IMG/VR virus record: IMGVR_UViG_3300028837_000933
Span: 1-64,000 of that record
DNA: 64,000 bases
Direction: 5' to 3' (one strand)
DNA from: a virus
Part shown: piece by piece, positions 47,394-56,807 of the stretch
Position numbering within the stretch: position 1 is the first letter of the stretch
Layout: each line of letters opens with the position of its first letter
Position numbers and translations under genes: made by a program
The notes under the pieces: model-generated
Told to the model about the DNA's origin: nothing
The model's input: only the letters and a program-made list of their open reading frames with translations
Databases searched by the model: none

Positions 47394-48077
47394 TTAGTAG
47401 AGGCCCTCCAACTCCCACGCTTCAAAGCTGTGGCCGAAGGCTCCTCCGTAACTCGTATCGCTGGTCATGTCCGCCTTGTACCTTTTTGTAAGGTGCTCGA
47501 TCTGTTCTCTCACCACCTTCACTGGGTCAGTGGTGTTCTCGCTGACTCCTTGAATGGTGTGCTTGGTGGCATCGGATGCCATCTGATTGGCGATGATGGT
47601 CAAGGCATACGCCTGGGCCATCTGTGAGAAGATTTCCTCATCAGCATCGGTGAGATTCGCATACACCAGATTGCTGTCAACAGTCGTTAGGACGTGAACA
47701 GACAGATACCTCACTTCCCGTTCACTCCAATCATACACCGGTTCCGGCTGGATGACAAGCGTCTGACCCTGGACCTCGAACCTCTCAGTCCAAGTATCGC
47801 CTATCGGGATTAGGCCCGTCTCGGTGACAAGAACCGTCCGACCCTCAACGAAGAACTCTTGCACCGTAAGCAACTTGAAAAAGTCGCTCGGCATGGCATA
47901 CTCCGCTGTGCCACTCACCACATCGATGGTCGTGGTCTTGAGCATCGGTCGGTCACGGCCATACTTGGCCACTGACCGTTTCACGCACAGTTCGTATTGT
48001 CCCTCATTCGGAACGCGCCCACGCTTCGGCACATCCAGCTTGAGCTGTGCAATCAGCGTTGCAAAATCTAGGCCCAT
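47394..48077 (-). CDS. head-tail adaptor-like protein
   Basis: VSGTAEYAMPSDF...L.I.P.P motif. Confidence 0.65.
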   Translation of the reverse strand: MGLDFATLIAQLKLDVPKRGRVPNEGQYELCVKRSVAKYGRDRPMLKTTTIDVVSGTAEYAMPSDFFKLLTVQEFFVEGRTVLVTETGLIPIGDTWTERFEVQGQTLVIQPEPVYDWSEREVRYLSVHVLTTVDSNLVYANLTDADEEIFSQMAQAYALTIIANQMASDATKHTIQGVSENTTDPVKVVREQIEHLTKRYKADMTSDTSYGGAFGHSFEAWELEGLY

Positions 48078-48092
48078 GCTGCCCTCCCGTCA

Positions 48093-48509
48093 CTATTCGG
48101 ACGAATCCTCAGCCGGCTCGTCCTGCTTCTCTGCCTCTTTCTTTGCCGCCGCCCCTTGCGACCGCGTCGATCGACGTCGAGTGGCCTTCTTCGGCGGCTC
48201 TTCCTTGGTCTCCTCCGCTTCTGGCTCGGGTTCGGGTGGCGGCGTTGCCTTCTTGCGCGGCGCCCGTTTCCGCGGAGCTGGCTTGCGCTTGGGCTTGGGC
48301 TTCGGCGGTGGCTTCCAGCCGGGCGGCTTCTCCACAGGCTGTTCTTCAACGGTGGGCCAGAACCTTTCAAACAAGCCCGGATGGCTCACCGTTAGCCGCG
48401 CCTCTTGTCTCGGCGTGAACTGGTATAGATGGTTCGGATAGCGTAGGTAGCTGTTCACCACCATCGGCATTTGCCCAACGAATCGTACTGTTACCTTTTG
48501 CTCTGGCAT
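48093..48509 (-). CDS. Lys/Pro-rich low-complexity protein
   Basis: AAGGAGG RBS; KPKPKRKPAPRKRAPRKK. Confidence 0.65.
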   Translation of the reverse strand: MPEQKVTVRFVGQMPMVVNSYLRYPNHLYQFTPRQEARLTVSHPGLFERFWPTVEEQPVEKPPGWKPPPKPKPKRKPAPRKRAPRKKATPPPEPEPEAEETKEEPPKKATRRRSTRSQGAAAKKEAEKQDEPAEDSSE

Positions 48510-48522
48510 CGTTTCCTCCTTC

Positions 48523-49776
48523 TCAGAAATCAACCATCGATGCTCGCGATGGCACGTCCCAGGTTTCAACGCGGTGACGGATAGCAATCACCTCTCGCTG
48601 TATCTCCGCTTTCGGGCTGTCCGGTTCATTTGGATCGATCAGCTGCGGCGGGTTGGCTGCGAGCAGCCCCGTCACAGGCTTACCGAAACCGTACTTGTCA
48701 TGGAAGCTCCCCCCAAACCAGCTGTCATCTTCCCAGCCGCCCGTGCCGCCCATCCAGGAGTTCGCCAGCAGCCACGGCGTGAGAGCGAACATCCCGTGGT
48801 CAGTGCCCTCAAACATGGCATAGGTCTTTTCAGCCACCTTGATGGGTGTGGTCTGCGGCCACCTATCATCGATGTCATCCCCTGTGCCCGGCCTGTCCCG
48901 CGGGACCCAGCCGCCTTCCGTCATGCACAACGGGATGTCACAGCCCAGAATCTCCTGGGCATAGTACCTCACATTCCGCCAGGCGCCAAAGCAAGTACTG
49001 TCATCCAGAAACGTCTTGTCCGGGTCGGCTAGGTGCGTGCGATACCTATTCATGCGGTCCAGCGGCACATCGTTGAAGGCTGGGTTGTCGTAGTAGTCGT
49101 CAAGCGCGTCTCTCAGCCCATCCTGAGTCATCGGCCAGCCGTGTAGGCTTACGCCGTCCTCTGGATAGTCTTGCGGGCGAGCCTTCCCGTAGAAATGGCC
49201 CGTGAAGCACGCCAAGCCTTCTTCCCACATCCAGCGCAGATCCCGCATCTCATTGAAGAACCATGGCCACTCACCCAGCGGGTCTGGGAAGCCCGGTATC
49301 CCACCGTGTTTCAGGATCAGTTGCGATGACGCTTTCCAGCGCTCCATGAAGTGCTCGGCGGCATTGTCAGGCGCCGTGTCCTGCCTCCATTCCCGGTCAT
49401 CGAAGATTTCGTTTCCATCGATGACAATCGGCCTCATCTGGTAACGCTTGAAGATCGGCACTACTTCCTGGACGAACGCCTCGTTCCGAAACCATCCATT
49501 CAGCACATCAAAGTCGCGGAAGACGGGCACCATCTGGTTCTGGAGTACCCATTCGGCGGCTGTCAGCCCATCGAACTCTTCGAGCGCTGACATCCCGCTC
49601 GTACCCATCAGTACCCACGTGATGTGCATCGCCCTGAGACGCGGCAGCCACTGGCTCCGCTTCTCTTCGTCTCCCAGCCAGCCCCAGTGATACGGGCTGG
49701 CCAGCAGATGCACGCCGCGGTTGCTGTGTGGCCAAGGCGGCTTGCAGCCTACTGGGTAGAGGATCTCAGATGGCAT
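48523..49776 (-). CDS. glycoside-hydrolase-like TIM barrel protein
   Basis: NRGVH...GNE...EW...H.Y...MTEGGW; GGAGG RBS. Confidence 0.7.
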   Translation of the reverse strand: MPSEILYPVGCKPPWPHSNRGVHLLASPYHWGWLGDEEKRSQWLPRLRAMHITWVLMGTSGMSALEEFDGLTAAEWVLQNQMVPVFRDFDVLNGWFRNEAFVQEVVPIFKRYQMRPIVIDGNEIFDDREWRQDTAPDNAAEHFMERWKASSQLILKHGGIPGFPDPLGEWPWFFNEMRDLRWMWEEGLACFTGHFYGKARPQDYPEDGVSLHGWPMTQDGLRDALDDYYDNPAFNDVPLDRMNRYRTHLADPDKTFLDDSTCFGAWRNVRYYAQEILGCDIPLCMTEGGWVPRDRPGTGDDIDDRWPQTTPIKVAEKTYAMFEGTDHGMFALTPWLLANSWMGGTGGWEDDSWFGGSFHDKYGFGKPVTGLLAANPPQLIDPNEPDSPKAEIQREVIAIRHRVETWDVPSRASMVDF

Positions 49777-49780
49777 ACCC

Positions 49781-51019
49781 TCAGTCCTCCAGCAGTTCGA
49801 TGATGCGATCCAGCCTCGCGAGAATGTCGGTGGTCGCCTGTTCTCCAAGAATCTTGCCGCCCTCGAGCTTGGCTGCAAGGGCCGCCAGCGTTGCCTGCAT
49901 CGCGCCAAAGTCACGCCTCATGGCCTCTATGGCCACCGCGCAGTCGCACTCGCCCGGCTCCGGTTCGGGATCAGGGTCTGGGTCAGGGTCTGGGTCAGCC
50001 TCCCTTTCCACGAAGGCTAGGTTGAACCAGCGGTCGCCAAACTCTTCGCCATCGGCAGCCTCTACCCAACCAGTTACGGCCACATCGGAATGGCCAGACG
50101 GCTCTCTGCGAATCCACACACGCACGGGCGGCTGGCTGCCTAGCGCGTACTTCCAGAGGTCGTCCATTCTAAAGCAGGCCACCCCGGACGGATCGGTTTC
50201 CACCGTCACTTTCTCACCTGTGTTCATGTACTTGGCTCTTACCTGGATACCAGGAATCCCCACGCAGTCCTGGCCCTGAACCAGCACCGTAAGCGGATAC
50301 GGCTTCTGGTGTCCATTCGCCTCCATGGCCAGCACCTCTGACACCTTGAAGCGGCTTTCTGACTGCGGCTCCACTTCAAACCGCCCAAACTGGTCATTCT
50401 GCCACTCGTGCGTTTTCTCCTCGCCGGCAAAGCCAGACACTCGGTAGTCCTGGTACTCTGGCGGGTCGGGATCTGGGTCGGGATCTGGATCTGGCTCGGT
50501 GGTCCATGCGTATCTGATCATAAAGTGCCTGTGGTTGGTATCAACAAGCATCCCAATTCCGTTGATCACCTCGCAACGCACGCCGCACAGCCAGATCGTA
50601 TGCGGTCCATACGCTGGATCATCATCGTCTCGTTCTGGATGGCTTGGACTGTAGTAGTACGAGCCCCCTCCCCACGTGAAGTGACAATGCCCCTCGTGGT
50701 TGGACCCGTCTAGGTCCGCTCGTGGCTCAATCTCGGTTTCGGGCGGGAGCCCATCCAGTGGCAGATGCTCCGGCCCCCGCAGCGGTGCGCCTTCCCAGTA
50801 TTGGGCAGCGGTGATCTCGTTCTCTGCTGCGCCGTCAACGATGACCTCAACCCCGGACCACGAATTGTATCCCGAGTCTTCCAGCGAGATAATGCGGTAG
50901 CCCTCACCGCCTCCAGGGATCGGGAAAATCTCGAACTCTCCGAACACTGACCGGAACTTGGCCTCAGTGACTTCCTGGATTGCCTGGTGGCCGTCATGGC
51001 CCTTCAGCATAAACTTCAT
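49781..51019 (-). CDS. two related beta-domains joined by (DP)n linkers, C-terminal coiled coil
   Basis: FGEFEI/FGRFEV repeat; PDPDPDP linkers; AAGGAGG RBS. Confidence 0.65.
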   Translation of the reverse strand: MKFMLKGHDGHQAIQEVTEAKFRSVFGEFEIFPIPGGGEGYRIISLEDSGYNSWSGVEVIVDGAAENEITAAQYWEGAPLRGPEHLPLDGLPPETEIEPRADLDGSNHEGHCHFTWGGGSYYYSPSHPERDDDDPAYGPHTIWLCGVRCEVINGIGMLVDTNHRHFMIRYAWTTEPDPDPDPDPDPPEYQDYRVSGFAGEEKTHEWQNDQFGRFEVEPQSESRFKVSEVLAMEANGHQKPYPLTVLVQGQDCVGIPGIQVRAKYMNTGEKVTVETDPSGVACFRMDDLWKYALGSQPPVRVWIRREPSGHSDVAVTGWVEAADGEEFGDRWFNLAFVEREADPDPDPDPDPEPEPGECDCAVAIEAMRRDFGAMQATLAALAAKLEGGKILGEQATTDILARLDRIIELLED

Positions 51020-51121
51020 TTCAGCTCCCTCCTTGCCTTTCCCATGGGAAACGCATAAACCCCACGCTGCACGTCCCAACGGTTGGTCTTGTTGTTCTTC
51101 CTCATGGTTCTGTTCCTGTTC

Positions 51122-51454
51122 TTACCCTTGCTGTTCCTCTTGGCCCTGGTCTTGTTGTTCATCGGGCGGCGGGAGCAAGCGGTACGCATCAACTTTCATC
51201 GTTCGCCGGCTGCCCAGCACCTTGATGCTCTTTTTCACCTGCTGTAGCCTATCCTGCTCATCGTACCAGTGAAGTTCCTCCCTTACCCTATCAACGCTCA
51301 TTTCCAGTCTCTTCGAGAGTTCCTTTGTGGTGTAGATTCCATCCTTGTCTGGTTCAGCTGCCCCGGCTCTGCCTACCTCTATCTCATGCCTTCGACGAAT
51401 GTCGCCTAGTAAATCGACTACGGTGAAATCCGGTTCCACAGGGACTGCATCCAC
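51122..51454 (-). CDS. winged-HTH-like small protein
   Basis: YTTKELSKRLEMSVDRVRE.L. Confidence 0.55.
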   Translation of the reverse strand: MDAVPVEPDFTVVDLLGDIRRRHEIEVGRAGAAEPDKDGIYTTKELSKRLEMSVDRVREELHWYDEQDRLQQVKKSIKVLGSRRTMKVDAYRLLPPPDEQQDQGQEEQQG

Positions 51455-52314
51455 TTTTTCCTTCCTTTCGCTGCCTCAGTGTACGTCTCCCTTGCCAGTT
51501 TGGGATGCCGGAAGCGCAGCCAGTGGACATTGAAGGGCTGCCTCATGGTTCCCAATCGGTCGGGTAGCAGTTCGATGAGCACCATCCCCAGCCATTGGGT
51601 TAGGTATCGATTCGGCCACCGACTCGAGCGAGCAAAAGACGTCTGGAGTTGCATCGGAGGCAGAGCCAACGCACACCGTCCATCCACTTCGATGAAGCTA
51701 CCTAGGTGAGCGTGCGCCCGGATGATGATGTGCGGCATCGACTTGAGTTCCGTCACCTGCCACGCGAACCGTATCTCGCGCTCGAGTGGCATGGTGCGGT
51801 TCACGATGGTAACGCTCTGGTGATGCCCTACATCGGCTATGATGCCCTCGATGTTCAATTCCGGCAACCATTCCCAGGTGTGCCGGCCAAACGGATCGGG
51901 CGTGGCGCCTAGCTGCTGAGCTACCCACTCTTCAGCCTCGCCATTGGGGCCAACGTGATACCCTGACCCCCGAAACACATAGACTACATCAGCCATGTTA
52001 GCAAACGGCTCGATGATCTGATACGCCGCTTCGGCCTGATAGGTCGTGTCCCTCTCTATGATGTACTCGCCATCGTCCTTCTTTTGCTTTCCATCCACAG
52101 AGTCGCCCACCACACCGAGAACGTGGAGGGTTCCGCCCGTAATACGACGAACGGCATCCTCAATGATTTTCGTGTTGGCCAGCACGTATTGCTGTCCCTT
52201 GTTGAGATTCAGAGTCACGCCATTGGACCCAACCATTCCGGGAGGCCAGATGGAAAACGCGCTCCCGAGATGTAGGTCAGACATCCATAACGACCACAGC
52301 CTCCTTTCGCTCAT
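51418..52314 (-). CDS. calcineurin-like metallophosphoesterase
   Basis: SDLHLG, GDSVDG, GSGYH, GHH, RAHAH. Confidence 0.8.
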   Translation of the reverse strand: MSERRLWSLWMSDLHLGSAFSIWPPGMVGSNGVTLNLNKGQQYVLANTKIIEDAVRRITGGTLHVLGVVGDSVDGKQKKDDGEYIIERDTTYQAEAAYQIIEPFANMADVVYVFRGSGYHVGPNGEAEEWVAQQLGATPDPFGRHTWEWLPELNIEGIIADVGHHQSVTIVNRTMPLEREIRFAWQVTELKSMPHIIIRAHAHLGSFIEVDGRCALALPPMQLQTSFARSSRWPNRYLTQWLGMVLIELLPDRLGTMRQPFNVHWLRFRHPKLARETYTEAAKGRKKWMQSLWNRISP

Positions 52315-52315
52315 A

Positions 52316-53605
52316 TCAGTCAGCCACCTTTACTGCCGCGTAGTAAAACGGAGCGCTCGATGTAGCGGTAGTGATATAGCAGTTCAAGGTAAATCCATCC
52401 TCATCCATCGACTTGAATGAAAACGCTTGCTGTGAAACACCTGCTGGCGACATTATCTGGAAACATCTGTTAGTATGAGCGATCCTGGAACCAACCGATG
52501 GTCCTATGCCATTACTCCCGGCAGCATTAGTAGCGAATTGATTACCATTCGCATCCATGAATCCGAGGCCCATCTGCCCTTGACCGTTCCAGTGTATATC
52601 ACGAGCACCGTAATGACCTCCGAAGATCACAAAGTCCGGTTGGAATCCGACACCAGTTACTTGCCATGTACTTGGGAAACCACCGCCGGTGGACCAAACG
52701 GCTCCCTTGATATTCGCTGGTCCGCCGTCAAGACAGAGCGCATGATAACCGTAGGCGTAACCAGGGCTTATTGTCTCATTGATGGTAAATCCATCACTGT
52801 CAAGCGTATTGCAGTTGATAAGTGCTCTCGTACCAGGAGCTGGAGTAGGACTGGCCATACACGCAAATGACCATGTGGAATTGCGGCTGTTCCCTCTCGG
52901 ACCCCACGGACTAACCTGGTGATTGTTGCACTCTGAAACAGACCAATGGCCACCGCTACCGGCCTCAAAACCGACTGAAGCGTACATCGTTGTTCGTGTA
53001 CCAGTGGTAGAATTGTAGATGCCACCACCTAGGTTGAGCAGGATGTTTTCTGGCTGGAATCCAACACCCGTGATCCCAAGGGTGCCTACACTCCCGCGGG
53101 ATAGATACTGTTTTATGAATCTCTCTGCTATATCCGAGCTTCTAAACGCTAGGTAGCCAAAGTATTCGTTGTTGCCACTTATAGTGTCCCAAGTGATAGT
53201 GAAACCATTATTATCGAAGGACTTGATCTTGCCGCGGCTACGGTTTGTACCATCCCAGTAGAATGTGTAGAAGCAATAAGTAGCAGTTAGGCCAGCTCGC
53301 GAGTCCGCCGCTCCTATTGCAGCACCATGCTCAAAGGACCATGACTGCCCAGATTGATAGATTGTCTCACTCGTACTACGACAAGCCATGCCTATTGAGT
53401 TGACATGGTGATTCACAGCAGAGCCAAGTGTAGACACGGCGCTACCAATACACAGGATAACCTGCGGTTTGAATCCAAGAGTTGATATGGCCTGGTCGCC
53501 AGTCGAGGACGGTTCCTGGAAGCTACCGACCTCAACCTGCCCGCCGCCAGCAGCTTCTTCCTCGGCGTACAGTAGTGCCCGTCTAGGACCTGTCAGTAGT
53601 GGCAT
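52316..53605 (-). CDS. fibre/adhesin-like protein with three GF.P repeats
   Basis: 3x (I/V)..(L/V)GF.P...DGFT-like units; visibly AT-richer; N-terminus MPLLTGPRRALL. Confidence 0.65.
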   Translation of the reverse strand: MPLLTGPRRALLYAEEEAAGGGQVEVGSFQEPSSTGDQAISTLGFKPQVILCIGSAVSTLGSAVNHHVNSIGMACRSTSETIYQSGQSWSFEHGAAIGAADSRAGLTATYCFYTFYWDGTNRSRGKIKSFDNNGFTITWDTISGNNEYFGYLAFRSSDIAERFIKQYLSRGSVGTLGITGVGFQPENILLNLGGGIYNSTTGTRTTMYASVGFEAGSGGHWSVSECNNHQVSPWGPRGNSRNSTWSFACMASPTPAPGTRALINCNTLDSDGFTINETISPGYAYGYHALCLDGGPANIKGAVWSTGGGFPSTWQVTGVGFQPDFVIFGGHYGARDIHWNGQGQMGLGFMDANGNQFATNAAGSNGIGPSVGSRIAHTNRCFQIMSPAGVSQQAFSFKSMDEDGFTLNCYITTATSSAPFYYAAVKVAD

Positions 53606-53640
53606 CGTTCCTTCGCGTTTCACTCTTCATGTCGCTTTGC

Positions 53641-54975
53641 TCAACCGTGAATCAAGTGCATGGCCAACTCTGGGCCGTAGTTTCCATTGGTCAGCATGTT
53701 CATCTGCGAACCAGCGCTCTGGTACGTCCACGCCTCTATGTACTGGCCCGCTGTCATTTCGTACTGTGTGGCGAGCGCACCATACCCGTAGCCGGCAGGC
53801 GTTGTGTCGAGTTGTGAGATGACAGTAGAGCCCCCGAGCCTTATCTGGTATCGCCGGAGCCCGGTCAGCACATAGGCCCAGTGACCGGAAAAAGTGATGA
53901 TGTACGTGCCATCATAAGGCGCATACATGCGACTGTTGTTGGTGGCTGTATCATGGAAGGGAGCGGCAGCCCAATCCCATCTCTCGCTGTTGAGTTCGAC
54001 AGGTTCCCAAGAATTATGCTGTACGGCCTGCTGTGCATTGTGGTACGCCCTGCATCCAACATTCCCCAGCTTCTCCATCATAAAGGCTGGAGTAGCATAA
54101 CCTATGGACATGACTAGAGGATTGCCGGGGCCAGATGTCTCCATGTTCATCAGTTCCACATAGTCGCCAACACCCAGATAGTAGATCGTGGGCACAGAGA
54201 ATGTGGTGGCATCCCAATAGGCGGCCGGCTGATGGTGTACGGCCAGGAAGGTAGTACCATTCAGCCGAACCCCCAAGTAACGAGATGACCAATAATCGTT
54301 TTGAAACTCCGCATTCCCTATGACTAGGTAGAAGCCTGCCGTTTGCGCTGTCAACCTTGAATTGTTGGTTACTGGATCATGGATACCATCGGTGTCCCAT
54401 TCAGAGACATTGAGGGCAGTCGGTCCCCACACCCCCGCCCCAGCTGCCTGGTTACTTCCGTGCCACGCACCTGCACCGATGCCCCCCACGAGTTTCACGG
54501 CCGCAAACTCAGGCCCCTGCTGAGCCGTAGACTCGAGATCGATGTTCGTTGTAGCGTTCTGGAACACCTGATAATAGGCGTACTCATCTTGGGTGAAGGG
54601 ATAGATACGACTGAACTGCTGGCGTGAACAGTGTGATCCCCCCCTGGTTCGTAGCCTCGCAATCAGGGTAGGGTCGCCAGTTTGGATGTGCGAGTACCTA
54701 GTGTTGCTACTAACTTCCTCCCAGTCGTTGTTAGCCCAAAGGAAGTACCGACCAGTTTCGGGCATGGTCAGTCGGTGATTGTTCGTCACCAGATCGTGCA
54801 TGTTGTACGGATCTGTGCCACGCTCACTGTTGAGTGCAACGGTTGTCATCGTGTTTTTCACGATTTCAACAGTAGTGTCGTGATAGGCGCGGACATGCGG
54901 CACGGGAGGAAAAGCATAGTCCTCTTCCTCGCCGGGATCCAGCAATGCCCGCCTAGGCCCTGTGCGCAATGGCAC
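53641..54975 (-). CDS. fibre/adhesin-like protein with three C1q/TNF-like domains
   Basis: 3x A.H...LN...HD..TNN.R...G.Y; N-terminus MPLRTGPRRALL. Confidence 0.7.
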   Translation of the reverse strand: MPLRTGPRRALLDPGEEEDYAFPPVPHVRAYHDTTVEIVKNTMTTVALNSERGTDPYNMHDLVTNNHRLTMPETGRYFLWANNDWEEVSSNTRYSHIQTGDPTLIARLRTRGGSHCSRQQFSRIYPFTQDEYAYYQVFQNATTNIDLESTAQQGPEFAAVKLVGGIGAGAWHGSNQAAGAGVWGPTALNVSEWDTDGIHDPVTNNSRLTAQTAGFYLVIGNAEFQNDYWSSRYLGVRLNGTTFLAVHHQPAAYWDATTFSVPTIYYLGVGDYVELMNMETSGPGNPLVMSIGYATPAFMMEKLGNVGCRAYHNAQQAVQHNSWEPVELNSERWDWAAAPFHDTATNNSRMYAPYDGTYIITFSGHWAYVLTGLRRYQIRLGGSTVISQLDTTPAGYGYGALATQYEMTAGQYIEAWTYQSAGSQMNMLTNGNYGPELAMHLIHG

Positions 54976-54980
54976 GGTTT

Positions 54981-55634
54981 CTATCCGTGGTCCTGCATGA
55001 AGTAGAGCCGGATAACGAGACCGTCTGCTGCATACGTCTCGGTGCCCTGGCTCACTCCAGCTAGGTAGAGGTTGTCAACGGCGCTGTCTGCCATCATTCC
55101 CATGCCAACGTTGGGCAGTGGAACGTAGGTCTGATCACCGATGTCGATGTAATCGTCCCCTACTATTTGGATGTAATGGAGCACATCGACAGCTTCGGCG
55201 TCACTCATTGATAGGGCAGCATTGGCCGCGCCGACATTGACGTTGCTGGCAAGCAGGATTAGATCAAAGTCGCCACTGACCTTGCCTTTGTCGAGAACAC
55301 TGATGGAATGCAGGGCGGCGGTTCCGCCATTGGCCCTCACAGCATCGGTGAGAGTCACTGTCGCGAACAGGACATCTCCGACTGCATACGCTCCTGTGTC
55401 AAGCGTTGGCGTCATCTCAAACCCTTTGCCGGGCGTGGCGACAGGCACATCGGTCTGGTCGCTGGCGATGACGGTCGGGAGCGAACTGGCCATGGCTGCC
55501 TGGCCTTTGAGTTCGTTGCCGTCACTGTCGACCAGCACAAGGGGCTGGATCATCTTCCCCCCACCGGTTAGGTAGGTAAGAAAATCATCACCCGATGAAT
55601 CGTTAGTTCTGGTTACGTCATCTGCTGCTCCCAT
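54981..55634 (-). CDS. putative virion structural protein
   Basis: AAGGAG RBS; GQ..MA.SLP.VIASDQ, AYAVGDV. Confidence 0.55.
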   Translation of the reverse strand: MGAADDVTRTNDSSGDDFLTYLTGGGKMIQPLVLVDSDGNELKGQAAMASSLPTVIASDQTDVPVATPGKGFEMTPTLDTGAYAVGDVLFATVTLTDAVRANGGTAALHSISVLDKGKVSGDFDLILLASNVNVGAANAALSMSDAEAVDVLHYIQIVGDDYIDIGDQTYVPLPNVGMGMMADSAVDNLYLAGVSQGTETYAADGLVIRLYFMQDHG

Positions 55635-55646
55635 AGCGTCTCCTTA

Positions 55647-56042
55647 TTAGATGCCTGCTACCCAAACATCGACATCGAAAGAAGTGGGCGAGCCCAGCAC
55701 GTTGTCGATATTCACAAAGACATCCCATCCGTTCACGTCTAGATCCCACACATAATCCCCTTCGAGCAGATCGCTACTGCCGTCCCACTCAAGGATCTGC
55801 CACTGGACGATGGGGGTTTGGGCATCCATCGGCTTGAGCCACACGGTGAGGGTACAAGTCGGCGTTGTCCCCCCGGTGAAGTCGATGCTCGCAACAACGC
55901 GACCGACCTTCTGAAAGCCGGGATTTGCCCAGAACGCCGTGTAAACTGGCGTCCCTACATCGGCTGTAGAAATGCTGTCCCGGTGCAACGTTAGTTCTCC
56001 AGGCGTCACACCAACGGCAACGGTTTGTCTTGGCCTTTCCAT
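55647..56042 (-). CDS. putative virion structural protein (beta-rich)
   Basis: AGGAGG RBS. Confidence 0.5.
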   Translation of the reverse strand: MERPRQTVAVGVTPGELTLHRDSISTADVGTPVYTAFWANPGFQKVGRVVASIDFTGGTTPTCTLTVWLKPMDAQTPIVQWQILEWDGSSDLLEGDYVWDLDVNGWDVFVNIDNVLGSPTSFDVDVWVAGI

Positions 56043-56105
56043 GTCACCCTCCTGTTCAATAGCGAGCCCCTACTTACTTCTCGGCTCGGTCCTGCCCCCG
56101 TAATT

Positions 56106-56423
56106 CTAGCCGCCACCGGTTGTTGCGGCCACGAAGATAGCGGGGAGCACGCTCCCCAAAAACTGCAAAATGTCTGGTGCAAGAGCGGCCAGCTTGTCCG
56201 TCAGCTTTTCGGCCTCTTCTTCTCTGTTGTGCTGAATGGCCATGCAAAGCTCCTCGAGCACCCGTGTCTGCGCTGGCGTCTTGGCCATCTTCTTGGCAGT
56301 GCTCCAGGCATCCGCGTACTGTGGCATCGGATATTCCGCCCGGCCTCTGATGTTCAGATCCCGCCCTACAATGTTCCCAGACAAGTCTCCCCCGACATCC
56401 AGTGAATCGATTGTAACGCCCAT
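56106..56423 (-). CDS. small protein: N-terminal DVGGDLSGNIVGRD motif plus helical domain
   Basis: AGGAGG RBS; motif at 56358-56399; LAALAPDILQ helix. Confidence 0.8.
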   Translation of the reverse strand: MGVTIDSLDVGGDLSGNIVGRDLNIRGRAEYPMPQYADAWSTAKKMAKTPAQTRVLEELCMAIQHNREEEAEKLTDKLAALAPDILQFLGSVLPAIFVAATTGGG

Positions 56424-56447
56424 CTTGGCCCCCTCCTGTGTTTTGTG

Positions 56448-56807
56448 TTACTCGGTTACGTCTCTCCCGGCTATGTTTCCGGACAGGTCGCCCTCTACGT
56501 CCATATCGGCCACGTGGGTTCCGCCCACGCTGACTGAGATGTCGCGTGCCTGTGATGCTAGGCTGCTCATCTGCTTCTTGTCGTCATCCGCCAGCGCCGC
56601 TAGGTACTGGGCGATAATCGTCAGTGCCGCCTCGAGCCGCTCGGTGATGGTACATTGTCTGAGTTGTAGTTCAAGTACTTGGTCGAGCATCTCGCGCAAG
56701 ATCCGAAAATCCGCACGGCGTTCGGTCTCCAATTGCACCTTTCGTTCCGTGGCTTGGAGGAGGTCTCTCAGGTCCTGAAACTGGTCCGTGTCTTGGTGCT
56801 CTGTCAT
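56448..56807 (-). CDS. coiled-coil protein with C-terminal DVEGDLSGNIAGRD motif
   Basis: GGAGG RBS before ATG 56807; motif at 56460-56501. Confidence 0.8.
   Translation of the reverse strand: MTEHQDTDQFQDLRDLLQATERKVQLETERRADFRILREMLDQVLELQLRQCTITERLEAALTIIAQYLAALADDDKKQMSSLASQARDISVSVGGTHVADMDVEGDLSGNIAGRDVTE

Noticed and set aside
49958-50495. GGGTCA/GGATCT hexamer runs as contingency repeats
   Set aside because: In-frame, degenerate codons for Asp-Pro linkers
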